The notes: generated by a model not told the origin, from the letters alone. DNA of 64,000 nt from Eledone cirrhosa (GCA_964016885.1 OZ024762.1:29078001-29142000), one strand, 5' to 3'. Shown: positions 1 through 12,528, counted from the first letter of the stretch. Numbers and translations: made by a program.

Positions 1-3000
1 GAAGTGACTGAGAGTACAAGACTTCCCCCTGGACAGGACACCAGTCCATCACAGGGTTATATTAAATCTAAAGTCTGTCATAAGCCAGAAGGATGTTAGG
101 CTGGTACTTATCCTGGTTTCATGGTGTGAAGTGACTGAGAGTACAAGACTTCCCCCTGGACAGGACACCACCCCATCACAGGGTTATGTTAAGTCTAAAG
201 TCTGTCTTAAACCAGAAGGATGTTAGGCCGGTAGTTATCCTTGTTTCATGGTGTGAAGTGACTGAGAGTACAAGACTTCCCCCTGGACAGGACACCAGTC
301 CATCACAGGGTTATATTAAATCTAAAGTCTGTCTTAAGCCAGAAGGATGTTAGGCTGGTACTTATCCTGGTTTCATGGTGTGAAGTGACTGAGAGTACAA
401 GACTTCCCCCTGGACAGGACACCAGTCCATCACAGGGTTATATTAAGTCTAAAGTCTGTCTTAAGCCAGAAGGATGTTAGGCCGGTACTTATCCTGGTTT
501 CATGGTGTGAAGTGACTGAGAGTACAAGACTTCCCCCTGGACAGGACACCAGTCCATCACAGGGTTATATTAAGTCTAAAGTCTGTCTTAAGCCAGAAGG
601 ATGTTAGGCCGATACTTATCCTGGTTTCATGGTGTGAAGTGACTGAGAGTACAAGACTTCCCCCTGGACAGGACACCAGTCCATCACAGGGTTATGTTAA
701 GTCTAAAGTCTGTCTTAAACCAGAAGGATGTTAGGCCGGTAGTTATCCTGGTTTCATGGTGTGAAGTGACTGAGAGTATAAGACTTCCCCCTGGACAGGA
801 CACCAGTCCATCACAGGATTATATTAAGTCTAAAGTCTGTCTTAAGCCAGAAGGATGTTTGGCCGGTACTTATCCTGGTTTCATGGTGTGAAGTGACTGA
901 GAGTACAAGACTTCCCCCTGGACAGGACACCAGTCCATCACAGGGTTATGTTAAGTCTAAAGTCTGTCTTAAACCAGAAGGATGTTAGGCCGGTAGTTAT
1001 CCTTGTTTCATGCTGTGAAGTGACTGAGAGTACAAGACTTCCCCCTGGACAGGACACCAGTCCATCACAGGGTTATATTAAATCTAAAGTCTGTCATAAG
1101 CCAGAAGGATGTTAGGCTGGTACTTATCCTGGTTTCATGGTGTGAAGTGACTGAGAGTACAAGACTTCCCCCTGGACAGGACACCACCCCATCACAGGGT
1201 TATGTTAAGTCTAAAGTCTGTCTTAAACCAGAAGGATGTTAGGCCGGTAGTTATCCTTGTTTCATGGTGTGAAGTGACTGAGAGTACAAGACTTCCCCCT
1301 GGACAGGACACCAGTCCATCACAGGGTTATATTAAGTCTAAAGTCTGTCTTAAGCCAGAAGGATGTTAGGCCGGTACTTATCCTGGTTTCATGGTGTGAA
1401 GTGACTGAGAGTACAAGACTTCCCCCTGGACAGGACACCAGTCCATCACAGGGTTATATTAAGTCTAAAGTCTGTCTTAAGCCAGAAGGATGTTAGGCCG
1501 GTAGTTATCCTGGTTTCATGGTGTGAAGTGACTGAGAGTACAAGACTTCCCCCTGGACAGGACACCAGTCCATCACAGGGTTATATTAAGTCTAAAGTCT
1601 GTCTTAAGCCAGAAGGATGTTAGGCCGATACTTATCCTGGTTTCATGGTGTGAAGTGACTGAGAGTACAAGACTTCCCCCTGGACAGGACACCAGTCCAT
1701 CACAGGGTTATATTAAGTCTAAAGTCTGTCTTAAGCCAGAAGGATGTTAGGCCGGTACTTATCCTGGTTTCATGGTGTGAAGTGACTGAGAGTACAAGAC
1801 TTCCCCCTGGACAGGACACCAGTCCATCACAGGGTAATGTTAAGTCTAAAGTCTGTCTTAAGCCAGAAGGATGTTAGGCCGGTACTTATCCTGGTTTCAT
1901 GGTGTGAAGTGACTGAGAGTACAAGACTTCCCCCTGGACAGGACACCAGTCCATCACAGGGTTATGTTAAGTCTAAAGTCTGTCTTAAACCAGAAGGATG
2001 TTAGGCCGGTACTTATCCTGGTTTCATGGTGTGAAGTGACTGAGAGTACAAGACTTCCTCCTGGACAGGACACCAGTCCATCACAGGGTTATGTTAAGTC
2101 TAAAGTCTGTCTTAAACCAGAAGGATGTTAGGCCGGTACTTATCCTGGTTTCATGGTGTGAAGTGACTGAGAGTACAAGACTTCCTCCTGGACAGGACAC
2201 CAGTCCATCACAGGGTTATGTTAAGTCTAAAGTCTGTCTTAAACCAGAAGGATGTTAGGCCGGTACTTATCCTGGTTTCATGGTGTGAAGTGACTGAGAG
2301 TACAAGACTTCCTCCTGGACAGGACACCAGTCCATCACAGGGTTATGTTAAGTCTAAAGTCTGTCTTAAACCAGAAGGATGTTAGGCCGGTACTTATCCT
2401 GGTTTCATGGTGTGAAGTGACTGAGAGTACAAGACTTCCCCCCTGGACAGGACACCAGTCCATCACAGGGTAATGTTAAGTCTAAAGTCTGTCTTAAACC
2501 AGAAGGATGTTAGGCCGGTAGTTATCCTGGTTTCATGGTGTGAAGTGACTGAGAGTACAAGACTCCCCCTGGACAGGACACCAGTACATCACAGGGTTAT
2601 GTTAAGTCTAAACTCTGTCTTAAACCAGAAGGATGTTAAGCTGGTAGTTATCCTGGTTTCATGGTGTGAAGTGACTGAGAGTACAAGACTTCCCCCTGGA
2701 CAGAACACCAGTCCATCACAGGGTTATGTTAAGTCTAAAGTCTGTCTTAAACCAGAAGGATGTTAGGCCGGTACTTATCCTGGTTTCATGGTGTGAAGTG
2801 ACTGAGAGTACAAGACTTCCCCCCTGGACAGAACACCAGTCCATCACAGGGTTATGTTAAGTCTAAAGTCTGTCTTAAGCCAGAAGGATGTTAGACCGGT
2901 AGTTATCCTGGTTTCATGGTGTGAAGTGACTGAGAGTACAAGACTTCTCCCTGGACAGGACACCAGTCCATCACAGGGTTATGTTAAGTCTAAAGTCTGT

Positions 3001-6000
3001 CTTAAACCAGAAGGATGTTAGGCCGGTAGTTATCCTGGTTTCATGGTGTGAAGTGACTGAGAGTATAAGACTTCCCCCTGGACAGGACACCAGTCCATCA
3101 CAGGATTATATTAAGTCTAAAGTCTGTCTTAAGCCAGAAGGATGTTTGGCCGGTACTTATCCTGGTTTCATGGTGTGAAGTGACTGAGAGTACAAGACTT
3201 CCCCCTGGACAGGACACCAGTCCATCACAGGGTTATGTTAAGTCTAAAGTCTGTCTTAAACCAGAAGGATGTTAGGCCGGTAGTTATCCTTGTTTCATGC
3301 TGTGAAGTGACTGAGAGTACAAGACTTCCCCCTGGACAGGACACCAGTCCATCACAGGGTTATATTAAATCTAAAGTCTGTCATAAGCCAGAAGGATGTT
3401 AGGCTGGTACTTATCCTGGTTTCATGGTGTGAAGTGACTGAGAGTACAAGACTTCCCCCTGGACAGGACACCACCCCATCACAGGGTTATGTTAAGTCTA
3501 AAGTCTGTCTTAAACCAGAAGGATGTTAGGCCGGTAGTTATCCTTGTTTCATGGTGTGAAGTGACTGAGAGTACAAGACTTCCCCCTGGACAGGACACCA
3601 GTCCATCACAGGGTTATATTAAATCTAAAGTCTGTCTTAAGCCAGAAGGATGTTAGGCTGGTACTTATCCTGGTTTCATGGTGTGAAGTGACTGAGAGTA
3701 CAAGACTTCCCCCTGGACAGGACACCAGTCCATCACAGGGTTATATTAAGTCTAAAGTCTGTCTTAAGCCAGAAGGATGTTAGGCCGGTAGTTATCCTGG
3801 TTTCATGGTGTGAAGTGACTGAGAGTACAAGACTTCCCCCTGGACAGGACACCAGTCCATCACAGGGTTATATTAAGTCTAAAGTCTGTCTTAAGCCAGA
3901 AGGATGTTAGGCCGATACTTATCCTGGTTTCATGGTGTGAAGTGACTGAGAGTACAAGACTTCCCCCTGGACAGGACACCAGTCCATCACAGGGTTATAT
4001 TAAGTCTAAAGTCTGTCTTAAGCCAGAAGGATGTTAGGCCGGTACTTATCCTGGTTTCATGGTGTGAAGTGACTGAGAGTACAAGACTTCCCCCTGGACA
4101 GGACACCAGTCCATCACAGGGTAATGTTAAGTCTAAAGTCTGTCTTAAGCCAGAAGGATGTTAGGCCGGTACTTATCCTGGTTTCATGGTGTGAAGTGAC
4201 TGAGAGTACAAGACTTCCCCCTGGACAGGACACCAGTCCATCACAGGGTTATGTTAAGTCTAAAGTCTGTCTTAAACCAGAAGGATGTTAGGCCGGTACT
4301 TATCCTGGTTTCATGGTGTGAAGTGACTGAGAGTACAAGACTTCCTCCTGGACAGGACACCAGTCCATCACAGGGTTATGTTAAGTCTAAAGTCTGTCTT
4401 AAACCAGAAGGATGTTAGGCCGGTACTTATCCTGGTTTCATGGTGTGAAGTGACTGAGAGTACAAGACTTCCTCCTGGACAGGACACCAGTCCATCACAG
4501 GGTTATGTTAAGTCTAAAGTCTGTCTTAAACCAGAAGGATGTTAGGCCGGTACTTATCCTGGTTTCATGGTGTGAAGTGACTGAGAGTACAAGACTTCCT
4601 CCTGGACAGGACACCAGTCCATCACAGGGTTATGTTAAGTCTAAAGTCTGTCTTAAACCAGAAGGATGTTAGGCCGGTACTTATCCTGGTTTCATGGTGT
4701 GAAGTGACTGAGAGTACAAGACTTCCCCCCTGGACAGGACACCAGTCCATCACAGGGTAATGTTAAGTCTAAAGTCTGTCTTAAACCAGAAGGATGTTAG
4801 GCCGGTAGTTATCCTGGTTTCATGGTGTGAAGTGACTGAGAGTACAAGACTCCCCCTGGACAGGACACCAGTACATCACAGGGTTATGTTAAGTCTAAAC
4901 TCTGTCTTAAACCAGAAGGATGTTAAGCTGGTAGTTATCCTGGTTTCATGGTGTGAAGTGACTGAGAGTACAAGACTTCCTCCTGGACAGGACACCAGTC
5001 CATCACAAGGTTATGTTAAGTCTAAAGTCTGTCTTAAGCCAGAAGGATGTTAGGCCGGTACTTATCCTGGTTTCATGGTGTGAAGTGACTGAGAGTTCAA
5101 GACTTCCCCCTGGACAGGACACCAGTCCATCACAGGGTTATGTTAAGTCTAAAGTCTGTCTTAAGCCAGAAGGATGTTAGGCTGGTACTTATCCTGGTTT
5201 CATGGTGTGAAGTGACTGAGAGTACAAGACTTCCCCCTGGACAGGACACCAGTCCATCACAGGGTTATATTAAGTCTAAAGTCTGTCTTAAGCCAGAAGG
5301 ATGTTAGGCCGGTAGTTATCCTGGTTTCATGGTGTGAAGTGACTGAGAGTACAAGACTTCCCCCTGGACAGGACACCAGTCCATCACAGGGTTATGTTAA
5401 GTCTAAAGTCTGTCTTAAACCAGAAGGATGTTAGGCCGGTACTTATCCTGGTTTCATGGTGTGAAGTGACTGAGAGTACAAGACTTCCCCCTGGACAGGA
5501 CACCAGTCCATCACAGGGTTATGTTAAGTCTAAAGTCTGTCTTAAACCAGAAGGATGTTAGGCCGGTACTTATCCTGGTTTCATGGTGTGAAGTGACTGA
5601 GAGTACAAGACTTCCCCCTGGACAGGACACCAGTCCATCACAGGGTTATGTTAAGTCTAAAGTCTGTCTTAAACCAGAGGATGTTAGGCTGGTACTTATC
5701 CTGGTTTCATGGTGTGAAGTGACTGAGAGTACAAGACTTCCCCCTGGACAGGACACCAGTCCATCACAGGGTAATGTTAAGTCTAAAGTCTGTCTTAAGC
5801 GAGAAGAATGTTAGGCCAGTACGTATCCTGGTTTCATGGTGTGAAGTGACTGAGAGTACAAGACTTCCTCCTGGACAGGACACCAGTCCATCACAGGGTT
5901 ATGTTAAGTCTAAAGTCTGTCTTAAGCGAGAAGAATGTTAGGCCAGTACGTATCCTGGTTTCATGGTGTGAAGTGACTGAGAGTACAAGACTTCTCCCTG

Positions 6001-9000
6001 GACAGGACACCAGTCCATCACAGGGTTATGTTAAGTCTAAAGTCTGTCTTAAACCAGAAGGATGTTAGGCCGGTAGTTATCCTGGTTTCATGGTGTGAAG
6101 TGACTGAGAGTATAAGACTTCCCCCTGGACAGGACACCAGTCCATCACAGGATTATATTAAGTCTAAAGTCTGTCTTAAGCCAGAAGGATGTTTGGCCGG
6201 TACTTATCCTGGTTTCATGGTGTGAAGTGACTGAGAGTACAAGACTTCCCCCTGGACAGGACACCAGTCCATCACAGGGTTATGTTAAGTCTAAAGTCTG
6301 TCTTAAACCAGAAGGATGTTAGGCCGGTAGTTATCCTTGTTTCATGCTGTGAAGTGACTGAGAGTACAAGACTTCCCCCTGGACAGGACACCAGTCCATC
6401 ACAGGGTTATATTAAATCTAAAGTCTGTCATAAGCCAGAAGGATGTTAGGCTGGTACTTATCCTGGTTTCATGGTGTGAAGTGACTGAGAGTACAAGACT
6501 TCCCCCTGGACAGGACACCACCCCATCACAGGGTTATGTTAAGTCTAAAGTCTGTCTTAAACCAGAAGGATGTTAGGCCGGTAGTTATCCTTGTTTCATG
6601 GTGTGAAGTGACTGAGAGTACAAGACTTCCCCCTGGACAGGACACCAGTCCATCACAGGGTTATATTAAATCTAAAGTCTGTCTTAAGCCAGAAGGATGT
6701 TAGGCTGGTACTTATCCTGGTTTCATGGTGTGAAGTGACTGAGAGTACAAGACTTCCCCCTGGACAGGACACCAGTCCATCACAGGGTTATATTAAGTCT
6801 AAAGTCTGTCTTAAGCCAGAAGGATGTTAGGCCGGTAGTTATCCTGGTTTCATGGTGTGAAGTGACTGAGAGTACAAGACTTCCCCCTGGACAGGACACC
6901 AGTCCATCACAGGGTTATATTAAGTCTAAAGTCTGTCTTAAGCCAGAAGGATGTTAGGCCGGTACTTATCCTGGTTTCATGGTGTGAAGTGACTGAGAGT
7001 ACAAGACTTCCCCCTGGACAGGACACCAGTCCATCACAGGGTTATATTAAGTCTAAAGTCTGTCTTAAGCCAGAAGGATGTTAGGCCGGTACTTATCCTG
7101 GTTTCATGGTGTGAAGTGACTGAGAGTACAAGACTTCCCCCTGGACAGGACACCAGTCCATCACAGGGTAATGTTAAGTCTAAAGTCTGTCTTAAGCCAG
7201 AAGGATGTTAGGCCGGTACTTATCCTGGTTTCATGGTGTGAAGTGACTGAGAGTACAAGACTTCCCCCTGGACAGGACACCAGTCCATCACAGGGTTATG
7301 TTAAGTCTAAAGTCTGTCTTAAACCAGAAGGATGTTAGGCCGGTACTTATCCTGGTTTCATGGTGTGAAGTGACTGAGAGTACAAGACTTCCTCCTGGAC
7401 AGGACACCAGTCCATCACAGGGTTATGTTAAGTCTAAAGTCTGTCTTAAACCAGAAGGATGTTAGGCCGGTACTTATCCTGGTTTCATGGTGTGAAGTGA
7501 CTGAGAGTACAAGACTTCCTCCTGGACAGGACACCAGTCCATCACAGGGTTATGTTAAGTCTAAAGTCTGTCTTAAACCAGAAGGATGTTAGGCCGGTAC
7601 TTATCCTGGTTTCATGGTGTGAAGTGACTGAGAGTACAAGACTTCCTCCTGGACAGGACACCAGTCCATCACAGGGTTATGTTAAGTCTAAAGTCTGTCT
7701 TAAACCAGAAGGATGTTAGGCCGGTACTTATCCTGGTTTCATGGTGTGAAGTGACTGAGAGTACAAGACTTCCCCCCTGGACAGGACACCAGTCCATCAC
7801 AGGGTAATGTTAAGTCTAAAGTCTGTCTTAAACCAGAAGGATGTTAGGCCGGTAGTTATCCTGGTTTCATGGTGTGAAGTGACTGAGAGTACAAGACTCC
7901 CCCTGGACAGGACACCAGTACATCACAGGGTTATGTTAAGTCTAAACTCTGTCTTAAACCAGAAGGATGTTAAGCTGGTAGTTATCCTGGTTTCATGGTG
8001 TGAAGTGACTGAGAGTACAAGACTTCCCCCTGGACAGGACACCAGTCCATCACAGGGTTATATTAAGTCTAAAGTCTGTCTTAAGCCAGAAGGATGTTAG
8101 GCCGGTAGTTATCCTGGTTTCATGGTGTGAAGTGACTGAGAGTACAAGACTTCCCCCTGGACAGGACACCAGTCCATCACAGGGTTATGTTAAGTCTAAA
8201 GTCTGTCTTAAACCAGAAGGATATTAGGCCGGTACTTATCCTGGTTTCATGGTGTGAAGTGACTGAGAGTACAAGACTTCCCCCTGGACAGGACACCAGT
8301 CCATCACAGGGTTATGTTAAGTCTAAAGTCTGTCTTAAACCAGAAGGATGTTAGGCCGGTACTTATCCTGGTTTCATGGTGTGAAGTGACTGAGAGTACA
8401 AGACTTCCCCCTGGACAGGACACCAGTCCATCACAGGGTTATGTTAAGTCTAAAGTCTGTCTTAAACCAGAGGATGTTAGGCTGGTACTTATCCTGGTTT
8501 CATGGTGTGAAGTGACTGAGAGTACAAGACTTCCCCCTTGACAGGACACCAGTCCATCACAGGGTAATGTTAAGTCTAAAGTCTGTCTTAAGCGAGAAGA
8601 ATGTTAGGCCAGTACGTATCCTGGTTTCATGGTGTGAAGTGACTGAGAGTACAAGACTTCCTCCTGGACAGGACACCAGTCCATCACAGGGTTATGTTAA
8701 GTCTAAAGTCTGTCTCAAGCGAGAAGAATGTTAGGCCAGTACGTATCCTGGTTTCATGGTGTGAAGTGACTGAGAGTACAAGACTTCCCCCTGGACAGGA
8801 CACCAGTCCATCACAGGGTTATGTTAAGTCTAAAGTCTGTCTTAAGCCAGAAGGATGTTAGGCTGGTACTTATCCTGGTTTCATGGTGTGAAGTGACTGA
8901 GAGTACAAGACTTCCCCCTGGACAGGACACCAGTCCATCACAGGGTTGTATTAAGTCTAAAGTCTGTCTTAAGCCAGAAGGATGTTAGGCCGGTAGTTAT

Positions 9001-9709
9001 CCTGGTTTCATGGTGTGAAGTGACTGAGAGTACAAGACTTCCCCCTGGACAGGACACCAGTCCATCACAGGGTTATGTTAAGTCTAAAGTCTGTCTTAAA
9101 CCAGAAGGATGTTAGGCCGGTACTTATCCTGGTTTCATGGTGTGAAGTGACTGAGAGTACAAGACTTCCCCCTGGACAGGACACCAGTCCATCACAGGGT
9201 TATGTTAAGTCTAAAGTCTGTCTTAAACCAGAAGGATGTTAGGCCGGTACTTATCCTGGTTTCATGGTGTGAAGTGACTGAGAGTACAAGACTTCCCCCT
9301 GGACAGGACACCAGTCCATCACAGGGTTATGTTAAGTCTAAAGTCTGTCTTAAACCAGAGGATGTTAGGCTGGTACTTATCCTGGTTTCATGGTGTGAAG
9401 TGACTGAGAGTACAAGACTTCCCCCTGGACAGGACACCAGTCCATCACAGGGTAATGTTAAGTCTAAAGTCTGTCTTAAGCGAGAAGAATGTTAGGCCAG
9501 TACATATCCTGGTTTCATGGTGTGAAGTGACTGAGAGTACAAGACTTCCCCCTGGACAGGACACCAGTCCATCACAGGGTTATGTTAAGTCTAAAGTCTG
9601 TCTTAAGCGAGAAGAATGTTAGGCCAGTACGTATCCTGGTTTCATGGTGTGAAGTGACTGAGAGTACAAGACTTCCCCCTGGACAGGACACCAGTCCATC
9701 ACAGGGTTA
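1..9709. repeat. 127-bp satellite array (~76 monomers, truncated by window start)
   Basis: GAAGTGACTGAGAGTACAAGACTTCCCCCTGGACAGGACACCAGTCCATCACAGGGTTAT... recurs at 1, 128, 255 etc. with few substitutions. Array ends at ...CACAGGGTTAA CCCCCCAG. Confidence 0.98.
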
Positions 9710-9757
9710 ACCCCCCAGTTATTGCTGGTACTTGTTTTTCAGCTGAGTATACTGGAG
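9583..9757 (-). mobile_element. 3' half of a tRNA-derived SINE with a V-type domain (last satellite monomer plus unique continuation)
   Basis: Minus strand reads CTCCAGTATACTCAGCTGAAAAACAAGTACCAGCAATAACTGGGGGGTTAACCCTGTGATGGACTGGTGTCCTGTCCAGGGGGAAG...GAAACCAGGATA, matching the recalled V-SINE domain (AACCCTGCGATGGACTGGCGTCCCGTCCAGGG). Confidence 0.75.
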
Positions 9758-9762
9758 AGAAT

Positions 9763-9862
9763 TGTCAGAGTCGTTAGAATGTCATATAGAATGCTTTGTG
9801 GTATCTGTTCCAGCTCTCTGAGTTCAAATCCCGCAGAAGTCAACTTTGCTTTTCATCCTTCC
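9763..9862 (+). mobile_element. Truncated SINE fragment of the same type as the copies at 19143-19331 and 19479-19654
   Basis: CTGAGTTCAAATCCCGCAGAAGTCAACTTTGCTTTTCATCCTT is close to CTGAGTTCAAATCCCGCCGAGATTAACTTTGCCTTTCATCCTT at ~19542. Contains B-box GTTCAAATCC. Confidence 0.75.
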
Positions 9863-10593
9863 TCTCTCTCTCTCTCTCTCTTTCTCATTTCCTCTCTCTC
9901 TATCTCTTTATAGCTCTTTCTCATTTCCTCTCTCTCTATCTCTATCTCTCTTTCTCATTTCCTCTCTCTCTCTCTCTTTCTCATTTCCTCCCTCTCTCTC
10001 TATATATATATCTCTTTCTCATTTCCTCTCTCTATCTCTCTATATATCTTTCTCATTTCCTCTCTCTCTCTCTTTCTCATTTCCTCTCTCTCTCTCTTTC
10101 TCATTTCCTCTCTCTCTCTTTCTCATTTCCTCTCTCTCTATCTCTATCTCTCTTTCTCATTTCCTCTCTCTCTCTTTCTCTTTCTCATTTCCTCTCTCTC
10201 TCTTTTTTTCTCATTTCCTCTCTCTCTCTCTTTCTCATTTCCTCTCTCTCTCTCTCTCTCTCTCTCATTTCCTCTCTCTCTCTCTCTCTTTCTCATTTCC
10301 TCTCTCTCTCTCTCTATATATATCTCTTTCTCATTTCCTCTCTCTCTCTCTTTCTCATTTCCTCTCTCTCTATCTCTTTCTCATTTCCTCTCTCTCTCTC
10401 TCTCTCATTTCCTCTCTCTCTATATATATATATCTCTTTCTCATTTCCTCTCTCTCTCTCTATCTCTTTCTCATTTCCTCTCTCTCTATATCTCTTTCTC
10501 ATTTCCTCTCTCTATATCTCTTTCTCATTACCTCTCTCTCTCTCTCTCTTTCTTATTTCCTCTCTCTATATCTCTATATCTCTTTCTCATTTC

Positions 10594-10625
<32 letters not shown>
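9862..10625. repeat. Compound (CT)n microsatellite punctuated by TTTCTCATTTCC
   Basis: Pyrimidine-rich tract of variable-length CT runs separated by a constant TTTCTCATTTC motif. Confidence 0.95.
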
Positions 10626-10760
10626 GGAAGAAATCTGCTCCACTCAGGCCTGGGGTGGGGTGGGCTCCCCCAGGCTTTAAAAATGCCCAAGAAACACCAT
10701 ATGTCAATATGGCGCCCCCTAAGACTCCATCAAGACTTACGCGACCTTACCATGCTGCAG

Positions 10761-10870
10761 CAACATAAAATGAAATGTTTTGTTCAAGAACACAACACGC
10801 AAGCCAGGTATCGAACCCAAGACATTACGATCGTAAGTCCAACACCCTCACCACTAGGCCACATGCCTCC
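10761..10870 (-). mobile_element. 5' tRNA-derived head of a SINE (Pol III A and B boxes)
   Basis: Minus strand GGAGGCATGTGGCCTAGTGGTGAGGGTGTTGGACTTACGATCGTAATGTCTTGGGTTCGATACCTGG...GTTGTGTTCTTGAACAAAACATTTCATTTTATGTTG. A-box TGGCCTAGTGG, B-box GGTTCGATACC, then CORE-like sequence. Confidence 0.85.
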
Positions 10871-10882
10871 ATACATAAATTA

Positions 10883-10978
10883 TCTAAACTATAATAAAGT
10901 AAGAAGTGCGGGACTGCGTACTGTTTATAATTTTTTATCCCCGTTAGTAAAATATGTTGGATTACTTTGAATAAATAA
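10883..10978 (+). mobile_element. 5' end of a putative non-autonomous Helitron-like element (copy of 19047-19142)
   Basis: A|TCTAAACTATAATAAAGTAAG... aligns with A|TCTTAACTATAATAAAGTAAG at 19047. TC start after host A. Confidence 0.55.
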
Positions 10979-11644
10979 TTGTCTCTACTTTTGGCACAAG
11001 GCCAGCAATTACCCCAGTGTATTACTGGTACTTTATTTTATCGACCCCGTAATAAATGTTTCTACTTTTGGGGGCACAAGGCCAGCAATTACCCCAGTGT
11101 ATTACTGGTACTTTATTTTATCGACCCCGTACTAAATGTTTCTACTTTTGGGGGCACAAGGCCAGCAATTACCCCAGTGTATTACTGGTACTTTATTTTA
11201 TCGACCCCGTAATAAATGTTTCTACTTTTGGGGGCACAAGGCCAGCAATTACCCCAGTGTATTACTGGTACTTTATTTTATCGACCCCGTAATAAATGTT
11301 TCTACTTTTGGGGGCACAAGGCCAGCAATTACCCCAGTGTATTACTGGTACTTTATTTTATCGACCCTGTAATAAATGTTTCTACTTTTGGGGGCACACG
11401 GCCAGCAATTACCCCAGTGTATTACTGGTACTTTATTTTACCAACCCTGTAATAATTGTCTCTACTTTTGGCACAAGTCCAGCAAATACCCCAGTGTATT
11501 ACTGGTACTTTATTTTACCAACCCCGTAATAATTGTCTCTACTTTTGGCACAAGTCCAGCAAATACCCCAGTGTATTACTGGTACTTTATTTTATCGACC
11601 CCGTAAGGATGAAAGGAAAAGTTAACTTCGGCGGGATTTGAACT
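10979..11644 (-). repeat. SINE 3' segment amplified as ~8 tandem 77-80-bp copies, followed by SINE body
   Basis: Unit GGCACAAGGCCAGCAATTACCCCAGTGTATTACTGGTACTTTATTTTATCGACCCCGTAA repeats every ~80 bp. The last copy continues GGATGAAAGGAAAAGTTAACTTCGGCGGGATTTGAACT, as in the single-copy SINE at 19143-19331. Confidence 0.92.
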
Positions 11645-12103
11645 CACCTTGCCCAATTAAACCTCTCAATAGAAATGTCACAGGATCGAGACCTCTGGCG
11701 TCATGCTGTACTGTAGAAGACCCCCCTCCCTTCCCATGTGCTGAAAATGAAATAAAACAAACATGTAGAGAACACACTAGTCTTCACCAATCTTCTCTTC
11801 CCCCCTCCCCATTCATAAGACCCTGCCCTCACCTGCTAAATATCCCACACACCTCGTTGATGCTACAACAATAAAAACACCCAGTTCATCCTGTAAGGTG
11901 GTCATACAAAAGTGTGCAGTCCACATTGTAACGTGTTTCGTGTAAAGAAGGGCATCCAGCCTTAGAAACCAAACCAAAATACACATCCATATGAGACCTG
12001 GTCTCCACACCTGACATGTCTCATAACGTGATAACCTGTTTAACCCATGCAGGTGTGATAAAAATGAACGTTAAATGATAATGTTGAAGATGATGATGAT
12101 GAT
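11645..12103 (+). mobile_element. Degenerate 3' end of an RTE-type LINE (ORF tail, 3' UTR, (TGA)n tail)
   Basis: ATGTCACAGGATCGAGACCTCTGGCGT resembles the MSLDRGLWR region at ~20857. Contains GAAGGGCATCCAGC motif shared with 21186 and 27470(-). Ends AACGTTAAATGATAATG...GATGATGATGATGA. Confidence 0.7.
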
Positions 12104-12129
12104 ATATATAAACAAACGTAGTAAAGTAC

Positions 12130-12495
12130 TGTAGCGGTTGTCTCCCTTGTTTTGATTGGGATCTAGACGGGAGGTGGAACCCTTTCTGCGACTTCCGGTC
12201 AGAGCCCTATAAAACTAACAACTTTAAGCTTCCTCCCTCTCTTTGCCTTTTCGGCACCAGGTCGAAGAGCCTCTCATTTGGCTCTGCCATTAATTTGGCC
12301 AACAGGCGCCTGGCCTTAGCCAGGCGCCCTCTGCCAGCCGCGTTTGCCTGGCAATCAAAACGGTAACTACTAACTTTGTTTCATTCTAACATCTATCTTT
12401 GACATGTCAAGTATTCTATCTACCGTTAATTAAATATTATATACACAAACAATGTCTCGTTTTGTTACATTCATACAACCAGTACCCTCCTTATA
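12130..12495 (+). repeat. 5' LTR
   Basis: Near-identical to 13864-14229. Contains ACTTCCGG, CTATAAAA and the hairpin GGCGCCTGGC-CTTA-GCCAGGCGCC. Confidence 0.93.
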
Positions 12496-12496
12496 T

Positions 12497-12528
12497 TGGT
12501 AACCCTGACGTGATACGAACACGCAGCC
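12497..12528 (+). promoter_or_regulatory. Primer binding site complementary to the tRNA-Trp 3' end (extended)
   Basis: TGGTAACCCTGACGTGATACGAACACGCAGCC compared with the complement of recalled animal tRNA-Trp, TGGTGACCCCGACGTGATTCGAACACGCAGCC. Begins 1 nt after the LTR. Confidence 0.85.

Noticed and set aside
10790-10870. Possible tRNA gene on the minus strand
   Set aside because: Has A and B boxes but no convincing acceptor stem or cloverleaf, and continues into a SINE body.
694-10970. Repeated MLSLKSVLNQ ORFs and Ser/Leu-rich ORFs
   Set aside because: Products of the 127-bp satellite and the CT microsatellite.
9862-11604. CRISPR-like regular repeats
   Set aside because: No unique spacers and no cas genes. 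Eukaryotic context; the units are microsatellite- or SINE-derived.
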